A stretch of 64,000 nucleotides of DNA from contig CAXXGJ010000017.1 in the NCBI GenBank assembly GCA_963677895.2, positions 143,908 through 207,907 of the forward strand, in the 5' to 3' direction. Under the pieces are notes generated by a model. It ran no database searches. It had not been told where the DNA came from and saw nothing but the letters and a program-made list of their open reading frames with translations. Source of the stretch: Treponemataceae bacterium (GTDB lineage: Bacteria; Spirochaetota; Spirochaetia; Treponematales; Rectinemataceae). The position numbers were made by a program, and so were the translations under genes. Shown here piece after piece: positions 29,937-39,280 of this stretch. The stretch's first letter is position 1. Each line of letters opens with the position of its first letter.

Positions 29937-31004
29937 TTAGGCGCCGCCCTCGAGGGCTTTCCTTCGCGCGTCGGCCACGAGGGCATCGACGAGTTCCCCG
30001 ATGTCGCCTTCCATAATCAGGTCGAGCTTGTACAGCGTCAGATCGATGCGATGGTCGGTGAGCCTATTCTGCGGGAAATTATAGGTGCGGATGCGTTCGG
30101 AACGGTCGCCTGTACCCACCTGGCTCTTACGGTCGGCCGAACGTTCGGCCTGCAGCTTGGCGTCCTCCAGCTCGAAAAGCCTGGCACGGAGGATGCGCAT
30201 GGCCTTGGCCTTGTTCTTTATCTGGCTTTTCTCGTCCTGGCAGTGGACGACGAGCCCCGAGGGAAGGTGGGTGATGCGCACCGCCGAGTCGGTGGTGTTG
30301 ACGCTCTGCCCGCCGGGGCCGCCTGAACGCATGACATCGATACGCAGATCTTCCTGCTTAATGTCGATCTCGGTCTCTTCCATCTCGGGGAGCACGGCCA
30401 CCGTCACGGCGCTCGTGTGGATTCGCCCGGAGTTCTCCGTGGAGGGAACCCTCTGGACCCTGTGCACGCCGGATTCCCAACGCAGCTTTTCGTAGACGGA
30501 CTCGCCGTTCACCGAAAAGATTATTTCCTTGAAACCGCCCAGCTCCGTCTCGCTCGCGCTCATCACTTCGATGCGCCAGCTCTGGGAATCGGAATAGTGG
30601 GAATACATCCGGAAGAGGTCGGCGACAAAGAGCGCGGCCTCGTCGCCGCCGGTGCCCGCCCTGATTTCCATGATCACCGACTTGTCGGCGAGAGGATCGC
30701 GCGGCGCGAGAAGGTCGCTGAGCGCTATTTCCAGTTCCTTCCGCCTGGCTTCCAGAAGATCGAATTCCTCCTGGGCCATGGAGCGCAGCTCGGGATCGGA
30801 TTCGCCCTTGAGCATCGCCGTAGCGTCGGAGAGCCCCGCGAGGACCCCCTCGAACTTGGCCGCCATCTCGTCGATCGCGGAAAGACGGGATCTCTCCCTC
30901 ATGATATCTCTATATTTCGTCTGATCCTTGAGGATCGCCGGATCTGAGACCATCGTATCGAGTTCGTGCAGGCGCTCGCGGATGCCTTGTATTCTGTCTA
31001 TCAC
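29937..31004 (-). CDS. prfA: peptide chain release factor 1
   Basis: EIRAGTGGDEA, HRVQRVPST (PxT), GGQ, RIRTYNFPQ; GTG start inferred from promoter position. Confidence 0.97.
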   Translation of the reverse strand: MIDRIQGIRERLHELDTMVSDPAILKDQTKYRDIMRERSRLSAIDEMAAKFEGVLAGLSDATAMLKGESDPELRSMAQEEFDLLEARRKELEIALSDLLAPRDPLADKSVIMEIRAGTGGDEAALFVADLFRMYSHYSDSQSWRIEVMSASETELGGFKEIIFSVNGESVYEKLRWESGVHRVQRVPSTENSGRIHTSAVTVAVLPEMEETEIDIKQEDLRIDVMRSGGPGGQSVNTTDSAVRITHLPSGLVVHCQDEKSQIKNKAKAMRILRARLFELEDAKLQAERSADRKSQVGTGDRSERIRTYNFPQNRLTDHRIDLTLYKLDLIMEGDIGELVDALVADARRKALEGGA

Positions 31005-31095
31005 GAATCCATCGTAACCTGCATCGGGCTTTCGCTTCAAGAAGCCGTAAGGCCTCCTTGTGTTTCGGAAAGCGGATGTATATCATTCCGCCATT

Positions 31096-32367
31096 ATGCT
31101 GGAATACAAATTCATCAAGGACAACCTTGAAGCCGTCAAGAAAAACATAGCCGACCGTTACATGAGCGCCGACGCCGATCTCGTCGTCGCGCTTTTCGAC
31201 GAGAAGAGCGCCCTGCTGCGAAAGGTCGAGGATCTGCGCAAGCTGCGCAACGATAACGCCCTCTCCATGAAGGGGAAGCTCGATCCCGCCACCCGGGCGG
31301 CACGCATCGAGGAAGGCAAGCAGCTCAAGGAAAAAATCGCCGAAAGCGAGGCAAGCTTCGCCGACATCGAAGCCCGGCTAGCCCTCGAAGGCGCTAAAAT
31401 ACCCAACATGGCCCATCCGGAAGCCCCCCGCGGCAAGGAAGACAAGGACAACCTCGAGATAAAGCGCGTGGGCGAGCCCACGAAGTTCGATTTCGAGCCC
31501 AAGGACCATGTCCAACTGGGAGCCGACCTCGACCTCATCGATTTCGACACCGCCACCAGGGTATCGGGCACCAAGTTCTACTATCTCAAGAACGAAGCCG
31601 TCCTCCTCGAAATGGCCCTGGTCCGCTACACCCTCGACATCCTGCGCAAAAAGGGCTTTACCCTTTTCCAGACTCCGGACATAGCCAGGACGGAAATACT
31701 CGAAGGCATCGGCTTCAACCCCCGCGGCGCCGAATCCAACATCTACACGATCGAAGGCGAAGGCACCTGCCTCATAGGCACGGCCGAAATAACCCTCGGC
31801 GGCTACTATTCGGGCACCATCATCGACAAGGAAAAACTGCCCCTCAAACTCGCGGGCGTCTCGCACTGCTTCAGGCGCGAGGCGGGTTCGGCGGGCCAGT
31901 TCTCGAAAGGGCTGTACCGCGTTCATCAGTTCACCAAGGTGGAAATGTTCGCCTACACCCTGCCCGAGGAATCCGACGCCACGCACGAATACTTGAGGTC
32001 CATTGAGGAAGAGATATTCTCCGGCCTCGGCATCCCCTTCCGTGTGGTCGACACCTGCACCGGCGACCTGGGCGCCCCCGCCTACCGCAAGTGGGACCTA
32101 GAAGCCTGGATGCCCGGCCGCAACGGCGGCGAATGGGGCGAAGTCACCTCCACCTCCAACTGCACCGATTTCCAGGCCCGCCGCCTCAACATCAAGTACA
32201 AGGACGATGACGGCAAGAACAAATATGTCCACATGCTCAACGGCACGGCCATAGCCTGCTCGCGCGGCATCATCGCCGTCATGGAAAACTTCCAGCGCGC
32301 CGACGGATCTATCGCAATTCCGCCCGCTCTCGTGCCGTACTGCGGATTTGACGAGATCAGGCGATAA
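31096..32367 (+). CDS. serS: serine--tRNA ligase
   Basis: GTAE, CFRREAG, GLYRVHQF.KVE, SNCTDFQARR, HMLNGT. Confidence 0.97.
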   Translation: MLEYKFIKDNLEAVKKNIADRYMSADADLVVALFDEKSALLRKVEDLRKLRNDNALSMKGKLDPATRAARIEEGKQLKEKIAESEASFADIEARLALEGAKIPNMAHPEAPRGKEDKDNLEIKRVGEPTKFDFEPKDHVQLGADLDLIDFDTATRVSGTKFYYLKNEAVLLEMALVRYTLDILRKKGFTLFQTPDIARTEILEGIGFNPRGAESNIYTIEGEGTCLIGTAEITLGGYYSGTIIDKEKLPLKLAGVSHCFRREAGSAGQFSKGLYRVHQFTKVEMFAYTLPEESDATHEYLRSIEEEIFSGLGIPFRVVDTCTGDLGAPAYRKWDLEAWMPGRNGGEWGEVTSTSNCTDFQARRLNIKYKDDDGKNKYVHMLNGTAIACSRGIIAVMENFQRADGSIAIPPALVPYCGFDEIRR

Positions 32368-32427
32368 AAAACAGGGATCGACGCTCCACAGGCCCGCAAG
32401 GCCGAGGACTGTCGATCCCTGTTTTTT
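32366..32427 (+). terminator. intrinsic, likely bidirectional terminator after serS
   Basis: AAAAACAGGGATCGAC...GTCGATCCCTGTTTTTT. Confidence 0.75.
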
Positions 32428-32497
32428 CGAAGGCGGGCCCCATGCCTGAAGGCGACGCTTTATCAGCGTGCTCTGGCTGGCTGCCGTGAAAAGCGAT

Positions 32498-33034
32498 CTA
32501 CCGAACCGCTATCGAATAATAATCTTCAAAATCATTGGACTGCACGAAGAACACGAGCACAGCGTTATCGGTTTCGATGGGTCTCATTTCCCAGACATCG
32601 TGCTTGCCTGGCTTATTGAAGGCCTGCTGCGAGGAGAAGACGGTTTTCCTCATCGTTCCGTATGGCGGAATGACCATTGGCCCCATGGAAGAGTAGGAAT
32701 TTCCGTAGTTCTGTCCCTCTATGAAGGGATAGTAGGATCCGCCGTTATACTGCAATGTGGACTTGTTCCAGAATATGCGGACCGTGCTGTCCGTATTGTT
32801 GCGGATGGTGACGCTGAAGCTCGATATTCGCTTGGTCCCATACGCCTTTCCATGACTATTACCAGGTCCGAAATTTTCCCACGAAGGCTGCACCGATATA
32901 GTCACCGGGCTGATGTTTCGCGGCGTCTGGCTCACCGCGACGAAAACGGGGGGCCGTATCATAAGCGAAAAGCTGGTACAGGAAAATGCCAACATGCTCA
33001 TGGCGATGACTGCCAGTAGTAAAATCTTTTTCAT
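32498..33034 (-). CDS. hypothetical lipoprotein
   Basis: MKKILLLAVIAMSMLAFSC lipobox; RBS GAGGAG. Confidence 0.7.
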   Translation of the reverse strand: MKKILLLAVIAMSMLAFSCTSFSLMIRPPVFVAVSQTPRNISPVTISVQPSWENFGPGNSHGKAYGTKRISSFSVTIRNNTDSTVRIFWNKSTLQYNGGSYYPFIEGQNYGNSYSSMGPMVIPPYGTMRKTVFSSQQAFNKPGKHDVWEMRPIETDNAVLVFFVQSNDFEDYYSIAVR

Positions 33035-33158
33035 CGTTTCTCCTCGAAACCGGAAAATAAGAAAATTTATATTTCTTTTTCTATAAATAAGATACTCAAT
33101 TTCGTTCCCTTGGTCCAACATAGTCATTATTTTATGTACTATAGGTAAGGAGCTAACA

Positions 33159-33377
33159 ATGAGTTCACGGAGCATTTTCGGCATCATACTTCTGGTTGTG
33201 GGGATTCTCGTATTTGCGGTCGGCTTGAACGCGTCCAATTCCATGACCGATCAAGTGAGCAATGCCTTGACCGGGCGTTTTACGGAAAACACGACATGGT
33301 ATATGATCGGAGGCATCGCGGCCGCCCTGGCCGGACTCCTCATGCTGGTATCAGGATTCCGGAGCCGTCGTTCCTGA
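33159..33377 (+). CDS. DUF3185-like small membrane protein
   Basis: Two TM segments around NASNSMTDQVSNALTGRFTENTTWYMIGG; RBS AAGGAG. Confidence 0.8.
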   Translation: MSSRSIFGIILLVVGILVFAVGLNASNSMTDQVSNALTGRFTENTTWYMIGGIAAALAGLLMLVSGFRSRRS

Positions 33378-33434
33378 TTCCGTTCGATGGGATTAGGCCG
33401 AGGAGACGACAGTTCATTCCTCAGCCTTCGGATT

Positions 33435-33519
33435 CCTCTTACCCGATCAGGGCTTTGGCGATAGGGCTGGCCCAGCTTACATAGCCTCTGGCTAAATCTA
33501 TCTCATCCACGCCTACGAT
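33435..33519 (-). pseudogene. relic of the 3' part of a GreA/GreB-family gene
   Basis: Translates IVGVDEIDLARGYVSWASPIAKALIG*, matching IVGADESDPDRGYVSWASPIAKALIGKR in the intact gene at 34417-34998. Confidence 0.8.
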
Positions 33520-33552
33520 GCCTGCCCTCGAGCCCGAAGAACCATTCCGGGG

Positions 33553-34317
33553 CTAGAACGCCCTCGCCGGCCTGATATAGCCTGTACGGCCCAATCCGGA
33601 AACCACGATTCCGCTCTTGAAGTTTAGGCAATTGGGTAAGTCGTCCGCGGGCTGGGTTGAACTCCAATATAAGGCGTTTTGAAAAGCGCCGAGGTCGTTC
33701 ATATGCAGGCGCTCGAGCATGAGGAGAAGCTCCCCCGTGGAGGGCAGGAACCAATCGTCGTATCCGTTCAGCGAGAACGACCAGCATTGTACTGCGGCGC
33801 GCATGCCGGCGACTGATAAAAGGTAATAGGTGTTCGTCTCCCCTGCTCCCACTTCGGCGCTGGTGGCATCGCCGGTAGGACGGCCGTACAGTTCGGTGCC
33901 AATATCAGCCGGAGCGGCCTCGAGGTAACGCCAGCCTTCGGTATTGATACCCTTGTCGTAGAAGATCAGGCCACCCGCCGGCCCCGCGTCGCCCACGGAC
34001 AGAGGCCTCCACTGGGCATACAGGACGACGTTTTCGGCGGGCATGACGAAGCTGGTCCCGATGGCGCGATCGGCTCCCGAGCCGTCGGGCTTGGTGTTCC
34101 ATCGATCGAAGACGTACCCTGCCTTGGAGAGATCCCCCTCATTGCCGAGCACCGCCGCCTTCGTCCCGACGGTGTAGACATTGCCGTCTGATGGAACCGC
34201 CCCTCCAATATTCCCGTTACCGTCGTAAATGATCGAATACATGACGACGGGGTTCCCGCAGCTGCCGAGGCAGAACGCGATACAACAAAGAATCGCGACG
34301 ATAGGTTTGGCTCGCAT
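33553..34317 (-). CDS. lipoprotein with an InlB B-repeat and a DUF1566/Lcl-like C-terminal domain
   Basis: Lipobox LGSC; YDGNG...GYVFDRWNTKPDGSG...LYAQW; GPAGGLIFYDKG, DWFLPS..EL, YWSS, IRPARAF. Confidence 0.75.
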   Translation of the reverse strand: MRAKPIVAILCCIAFCLGSCGNPVVMYSIIYDGNGNIGGAVPSDGNVYTVGTKAAVLGNEGDLSKAGYVFDRWNTKPDGSGADRAIGTSFVMPAENVVLYAQWRPLSVGDAGPAGGLIFYDKGINTEGWRYLEAAPADIGTELYGRPTGDATSAEVGAGETNTYYLLSVAGMRAAVQCWSFSLNGYDDWFLPSTGELLLMLERLHMNDLGAFQNALYWSSTQPADDLPNCLNFKSGIVVSGLGRTGYIRPARAF

Positions 34318-34416
34318 AACTTTCCTCTTCGATTCGATAGTTTTGGAATTGTTATTAAACGTTCGTACTGTAGGGCTGGAAGGAGATTTTGTCAAACGGG
34401 AATTCGCCGGAAACGC

Positions 34417-34998
34417 CTAGGGAAGACCAGGAAAAGCGATGTCAAGGACGCTGAGCCGCCGCTCCCCAGCGGGAAGCCTCACCGTTGCCACCTCGCCCAC
34501 ACGCTTGCCGATCAGCGCCTTGGCGATAGGACTCGCCCAGCTGACATAGCCCCGGTCAGGGTCGCTTTCGTCGGCGCCCACAATACGGTAAATAGCCGCC
34601 TCAGTCTCCATGCCGTGCTTAACACCGACTCCCGAGGGCCGCGCGGCGCCGACTTCCTCACGCACCTTCACGACCAGGCCGAAGACGACGCGCTCGGCGC
34701 TCGCCGGCAGTTCGACGACAGAGAGGACAGCCTTCATTCGAGAGAGATAGGTAATTTGCCTGTCAATAATTGAAATCCGCCTCAAGAATTCGGCTTTCGC
34801 CGCCGGATCGGCGGCCGACAGGGCGCTTGCCGCCTTCGGCCTCTCCTCTTCGACGAGTTTTCGAAGCTCGTCGGCCATCCGCATGGCGCCTTCGAGAGTC
34901 ATGTAATTCCGAGCGCCGGCCGGGAGCGGAAGGGGGATCTCATGCATGCCGTCGGTTTCATCCGAGCCCGCATCCTCGTCGACAAAGGCTCTGCTCAT
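34417..34998 (-). CDS. GreA/GreB family protein (MSRAFV-type)
   Basis: NYMT.EG, VVFG..V, YRIVGADE.D..RGYVSWASPIAKALIG..VGE. Confidence 0.85.
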   Translation of the reverse strand: MSRAFVDEDAGSDETDGMHEIPLPLPAGARNYMTLEGAMRMADELRKLVEEERPKAASALSAADPAAKAEFLRRISIIDRQITYLSRMKAVLSVVELPASAERVVFGLVVKVREEVGAARPSGVGVKHGMETEAAIYRIVGADESDPDRGYVSWASPIAKALIGKRVGEVATVRLPAGERRLSVLDIAFPGLP

Positions 34999-35013
34999 GA
35001 AGAGGCGCCTTCC

Positions 35014-35883
35014 TCAGGGCCGTCTGGTGCGGTGCGTGGCTTCCATCGTCCTCTCGAGGGCTTCGATGGCCGATTCCACATCGCCGGAGACGATAAGTCT
35101 ATAGAGGATATCCACGACGGTGAGCTGGCTGAGGCGCGATGTCTCGGCGCCTCGCCTGTAGACTCTTTCCGAAGCGGGAACGATGAGGGGAATGTCAGCG
35201 AAACCCCGGAGCTTGTTGGCGCCTTCCATGGTCAGCGTGATGACGCAGGCTCTCTTCGCCTTAGCCTGCCTCGCCACCTCGAGCATGGATTCGGTTTCCC
35301 CCGAATAGGAAACGATGAAGGCGACCTGCGTATCCTTGAGAGAACAGGCCGCCGTTATCTGCGCGTGAGCGTCGTGCGTGTAGGAAGCCGGTATGCCAAT
35401 TCTCAAAAGCTTTAGATGAAAATCCGAGGTCACGATTCCCGACGCGCCGATACCGAACAGCATGGTCAGCGAAGCCTCCCTGATCCTGGTGGCCGCGAGC
35501 TCCAGCATCTCCGGATTGAGCGTGCGGGACAGGTCGCCCAGGCTCTGTCTCGCGAAGTCTATCACTTCGCGCATCGCTCTTTCTGCCGGCGGCTTCGATT
35601 CAAGATCCAGGTCGGGCAGGTATTTTTCCTCTTCGTCCCGGAAGACGTCCTTGGCCAGCCAGAGCTTGAACTCGTTGTAGCCGTCGGCGCCGATGCGTTT
35701 GCAGAATCGCACCACCGCGGCGCTGCTGGAAGAGGAATGGCGGGACAGCTCGACAACGTTGAAATGGAGGGCTTTATGAGGCTGATCCAAAACGTAGAGC
35801 GCGATCTTCCTCTCGGCTTCCGACATACCGGGAAGCATGCCTCGGATAATGTCCAAGGCGCCCGATTTCACGTTTTCGCTCAT
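35014..35883 (-). CDS. MurR/RpiR family regulator
   Basis: SEAERKIA, SSAAVVRFCK..G..GY.EFK, SIS domain GIGAS, SYSGET. Confidence 0.9.
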   Translation of the reverse strand: MSENVKSGALDIIRGMLPGMSEAERKIALYVLDQPHKALHFNVVELSRHSSSSSAAVVRFCKRIGADGYNEFKLWLAKDVFRDEEEKYLPDLDLESKPPAERAMREVIDFARQSLGDLSRTLNPEMLELAATRIREASLTMLFGIGASGIVTSDFHLKLLRIGIPASYTHDAHAQITAACSLKDTQVAFIVSYSGETESMLEVARQAKAKRACVITLTMEGANKLRGFADIPLIVPASERVYRRGAETSRLSQLTVVDILYRLIVSGDVESAIEALERTMEATHRTRRP

Positions 35884-35887
35884 CGCC

Positions 35888-36829
35888 TCACCTCCCCTGC
35901 CTGGCCTGGTCCGCGTGAAGCTTCATCGCTTCCGAGATGCGGCCGCCGCCGTTCGCCGCGAGGTTCACGGCTTCATCCCTGCCGATCCCCAGCAGGGTCA
36001 TGAGAATCGCGATCTTGGGCTTCCTTCCTGAGCTTTCAAAAGCCTGTTCGGCATCCTCCCGGGAGCAGCCGGTGGCTTGGCGAATGAGGCGTTTCGATCT
36101 TTCCACCAGTTTTCTGTTGACGGGAGCGAGATCGACCATGAGATTTCTGTAGACCTTTCCCAGACGTATCATGCTGGCCGTCGTCAGCATGTTGAGGACA
36201 AGCTTCTGGGCCGTGCCCGCCTTCATCCTCGTGGAACCGGTGATGACCTCGGGCCCAACGTCGAGAAGTATCCTGTAGTCGGCGCTCTCAAAAGTCCTGG
36301 ATTCCCTGTTGCAGCTAATGGCCCCGACCTTGGCGCCCAGACTCCTGGCATAGCCCATGGCCCCGAGAACATAGGGAGCTGATCCCGACGCGGTAATGCC
36401 CACCAGAACGTCGTTCTTCGAAAAACCGATTTCGCGCAGAGCGGCCTCTCCGGCCGCGGGATCGTCTTCCGCGCCTTCCACGGATCGTCTGAGGGCCACG
36501 TCTCCGCCGGCGATCAGTCCGAGCACCATGGTCGAAGGAACGCCGAAAGTCGGCGGGCATTCGGAAGCGTCCAGGACGCCAAGTCTTCCCGATGTGCCGG
36601 CGCCTATATAGACCAGGCGGCCGGAATTCCGGAAAGCGGTCACGATAGCCTCCACGAGGGCGGCTATTTCCGGGAGCGCCCTTTCCACCGCAGTCGGCAC
36701 CGTCTTGTCTTCATCGTTGATGATCGCCAGGATCTCGTTGACCGGTAGAGCGTCGATATTCATCGAGCGGTCGTTGCGTGACTCCGTTGTCGCGTGTTCC
36801 AGAGGATCATCACTATGCCGTATATCCAT
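35888..36829 (-). CDS. murQ: N-acetylmuramic acid 6-phosphate etherase
   Basis: TESRN, GAGTSGRLGVLDASECPPTF, GPEVITGSTRMKAGTAQK, NLMVD. Confidence 0.95.
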   Translation of the reverse strand: MDIRHSDDPLEHATTESRNDRSMNIDALPVNEILAIINDEDKTVPTAVERALPEIAALVEAIVTAFRNSGRLVYIGAGTSGRLGVLDASECPPTFGVPSTMVLGLIAGGDVALRRSVEGAEDDPAAGEAALREIGFSKNDVLVGITASGSAPYVLGAMGYARSLGAKVGAISCNRESRTFESADYRILLDVGPEVITGSTRMKAGTAQKLVLNMLTTASMIRLGKVYRNLMVDLAPVNRKLVERSKRLIRQATGCSREDAEQAFESSGRKPKIAILMTLLGIGRDEAVNLAANGGGRISEAMKLHADQARQGR

Positions 36830-36844
36830 CACCTCATCCTTTAC

Positions 36845-36898
36845 GAAATTATATTTCAATATACATTGATCTTTGGCTTTGTAAAGAAAATAATTTTC
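36845..36898. promoter_or_regulatory. two GAAA-N5-TTTC palindromes upstream of murQ (putative RpiR-family operators)
   Basis: GAAATTATATTTC (36845-36857) and GAAAATAATTTTC (36886-36898). Confidence 0.6.
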
Positions 36899-36963
36899 AA
36901 ATCCGTTATATATCATAAAAGACGAGGAATGGCCATAAGGGAAGGTGTTTCATGTAAGTGAAT

Positions 36964-36991
36964 TGAAAAGCCCGGCGACGCGGGCTTTTCA
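36964..36991 (-). terminator. intrinsic terminator
   Basis: TGAAAAGCCCG-gcgacg-CGGGCTTTTCA. Confidence 0.7.
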
Positions 36992-37005
36992 GGAAGTGCC
37001 AATGC

Positions 37006-37482
37006 TCAGATCTTGGTGATGTAGGAGGAAATTTCCCTTCTCCAGGGCTGTTTTTCCCCTTCTTTTTCCCAGCGGATCCTGCGTTTCACGATAAAAGCGC
37101 CGTCGTTTCCGCTCTTGAAGCCGACGACGCCGAAGCATCCGGCGCCCAGGTACACCAGCTTCTCTCCGGCCTCGAGGGGTTCGGCAGCGGTTACGCGCTC
37201 AAGCGCGCAGTCAAAATGAACCGGTTCGCCGGAATCCCTGTCTCCTATGGCGCCGGCTAAATCGAAAATGGGTTTCCCGCAGATCGCGCAATTCTTGACC
37301 GGAAGGGGTTTCTTGGGCTCTTCCTTGCGGACGCCCAGGGTGGAAGCGTCGCGCTGGCCGCGATTGGGTTGCCCTGGCTGCGTTCGCAGGTGCCCGCCAT
37401 GCCTTGGCGGACCCGACTTCTGGGAAGGTCGCTTCCCCCCCTCGCCGGGCTGACCGGGATTCTTAGCGTTATTATTCATCAT
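37006..37482 (-). CDS. hypothetical protein with a putative zinc-binding motif
   Basis: CAICGKPI...HFDC...YLGAG.FG; disordered N-terminus. Confidence 0.7.
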   Translation of the reverse strand: MMNNNAKNPGQPGEGGKRPSQKSGPPRHGGHLRTQPGQPNRGQRDASTLGVRKEEPKKPLPVKNCAICGKPIFDLAGAIGDRDSGEPVHFDCALERVTAAEPLEAGEKLVYLGAGCFGVVGFKSGNDGAFIVKRRIRWEKEGEKQPWRREISSYITKI

Positions 37483-37699
37483 TACCCTTCTTTTTCAGCG
37501 TACTTGTCAGGAAATTGGCGATCCGCGTAACCGCGCCGTCGACGTAGGTGTCGTCATCCAATTTATGACGCATCTCATGAAGCTTGTAAATGTCCTGACG
37601 CGTGGAGCCGGCGAGCAGACGATCCGTCGCGTGGCTGTCCCCGGGATTGGAACCTGCCCATGAGAGCGGATCCCTGCCGGTTATTTCGTTTTTATTCAT
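37472..37699 (-). CDS. small hypothetical protein
   Basis: Overlaps both neighbours in operon fashion. Confidence 0.6.
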   Translation of the reverse strand: MNKNEITGRDPLSWAGSNPGDSHATDRLLAGSTRQDIYKLHEMRHKLDDDTYVDGAVTRIANFLTSTLKKKGNDE

Positions 37700-38064
37700 A
37701 CCGTCTCGTCGAACGCTCCTTCGTAACGCATGGGCTCTCTGCCTGGAGAGAGAAGGAAAACATCGTATCGAATTTTCTTCCCACTATATTGTCGATACTT
37801 TGAGAGGAAAATTTTAGAGGTTTCGATAATTCTCCCGGTTTTCCCTCTGTCGATGGCGTCGCGGAGCTCCATGGAACCGTTCCGGTTCCAGCGCTTCACC
37901 TCCACGAAGGCGACGAGTTCCCCTTTCGCGGCGATGAGATCTATTTCGCCCCGGCCCGCCCTGAAATTACGCGCGAGAATCGTCCAGCCGTCCCCTTCGA
38001 GAAGGGCGTTTACGCGATCCTCGCCCGCTCGGCCCATAGCGCAGGAAGAATCTTTGCCGTCCAT
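37696..38064 (-). CDS. YraN (UPF0102) family protein
   Basis: GRAGE, ILARNFR...GEIDLIA, FVEVK, RYDV. Confidence 0.9.
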   Translation of the reverse strand: MDGKDSSCAMGRAGEDRVNALLEGDGWTILARNFRAGRGEIDLIAAKGELVAFVEVKRWNRNGSMELRDAIDRGKTGRIIETSKIFLSKYRQYSGKKIRYDVFLLSPGREPMRYEGAFDETV

Positions 38065-38107
38065 GTCATATATACGGGCGGGTACCGGCGCGGCGATTCA
38101 GAAAAGC

Positions 38108-38135
38108 AAAAAAAACCCGGCAGACGCCGGGTTTT
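38108..38135 (-). terminator. intrinsic terminator after rplS
   Basis: CCCGGC-agac-GCCGGG stem with an 8-nt U-tract on the minus strand. Confidence 0.75.
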
Positions 38136-38184
38136 CTGCGGAAAGTCGGCCTGAAGACGAGTCTTCAGACACCGATGATCAGGC

Positions 38185-38553
38185 CTATTCGGCCTTCTCG
38201 ACCTTCTTGGAAATGATAAGTTCCTTGACCTTGGATTTCTTGCCGACCTTGGTGCGGATGTAGTAGAGCTTGGCCCTTCTCACCTTGCCGCGGCGGAGCA
38301 CTTCCACGTTTTCGACGCGCGGTGAATTGAGCGGAAAAACTCGCTCCACGCCGACGCCGTAGGAAGTCTTGCGGACCGTGAAGGTTTTGGCGACGCCGCC
38401 GTTCTTGATCGCAATGACGAGGCCTTCGTATGCCTGAACACGCTCTGTCTTGCCTTCCACGATTTTAAAGCTCACGCGAACGGTGTCACCCACGTTGAAC
38501 GCGGGGAGCTCACTCTTGATCTGTTCGGCTTGAATGGACTGTACCAGGTTCAT
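38185..38553 (-). CDS. rplS: 50S ribosomal protein L19
   Basis: [37 protein letters not shown]. Confidence 0.97.
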   Translation of the reverse strand: MNLVQSIQAEQIKSELPAFNVGDTVRVSFKIVEGKTERVQAYEGLVIAIKNGGVAKTFTVRKTSYGVGVERVFPLNSPRVENVEVLRRGKVRRAKLYYIRTKVGKKSKVKELIISKKVEKAE

Positions 38554-39280
38554 GCCATCCCCCTTCATCGATTACTTCACGCAATAATCCGCCCACTTCT
38601 TTGGGCAGTTTGTCATCGGACAAAAGCTCGGGGCGGTAGGCCAGCGTCTTCGCGATGCTCGCCTTTAACCTCCACCGTGCGATTTGTGCATGGTTCCCCG
38701 ACAAAACAACGTCGGGGACTCGCATAGTAGCATAATTCGCGGGGCGTGTATACTGGGGATACTCGAGTAGACCCTTCGAGAAACTCTCTTCGTCGAGCGA
38801 TTCCCCCGAAATAACGCCTGGCTTGAGCCGGTAAATCGCGTCGACGAGAACCATGGCCGCGATCTCTCCGCTCGACAGAACATAGTCGCCTATGGAGATT
38901 TCATCGGTCACCCTGGTGTCGATGACGCGCTGATCCACGCCTTCGTAGCGGCCGCAGAGGATCACGAGATGTTCCTCGCGCGAAAGCTCGGCGGCCAGCT
39001 TCTGGTTGAAGAGCCTTCCCGAAGGAGTGACGAAGACGGTGCGCACGGTGGGCGAGCCGACGGCTTCCAGCGCCCTGTCGAGGGGCTCGGGCTTCATCAG
39101 CATGCCGGCCCCGCCGCCGAACACCTCATCGTCGCATTTATGGTGCTTGTCGGTGGCGTAATCCCTGAAATTCACGAGCGAATACTCGATCAGCCCGCTC
39201 GCGACCGCGCGCTTCATGATCGAGGCGTCGAAATAGGCTTGCACAATCTCGGGAAAGATGGTCAGGATGGTGAACTTCAT
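38510..39280 (-). CDS. trmD: tRNA (guanine37-N1)-methyltransferase
   Basis: [38 protein letters not shown]. Confidence 0.97.
   Translation of the reverse strand: MKFTILTIFPEIVQAYFDASIMKRAVASGLIEYSLVNFRDYATDKHHKCDDEVFGGGAGMLMKPEPLDRALEAVGSPTVRTVFVTPSGRLFNQKLAAELSREEHLVILCGRYEGVDQRVIDTRVTDEISIGDYVLSSGEIAAMVLVDAIYRLKPGVISGESLDEESFSKGLLEYPQYTRPANYATMRVPDVVLSGNHAQIARWRLKASIAKTLAYRPELLSDDKLPKEVGGLLREVIDEGGWHEPGTVHSSRTDQE

Noticed and set aside
33553..34317. DUF1566/C-type-lectin-like C-terminus as a diversity-generating retroelement target
   Set aside because: No reverse transcriptase and no template-repeat copy of its 3' end seen in the window
37472..37699. 75-aa protein as an FlgM-like anti-sigma factor
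   Set aside because: Only vague C-terminal resemblance and no flagellar context in the window
38510..38553. 44-bp overlap between trmD and rplS
   Set aside because: A short C-terminal extension; both genes look intact
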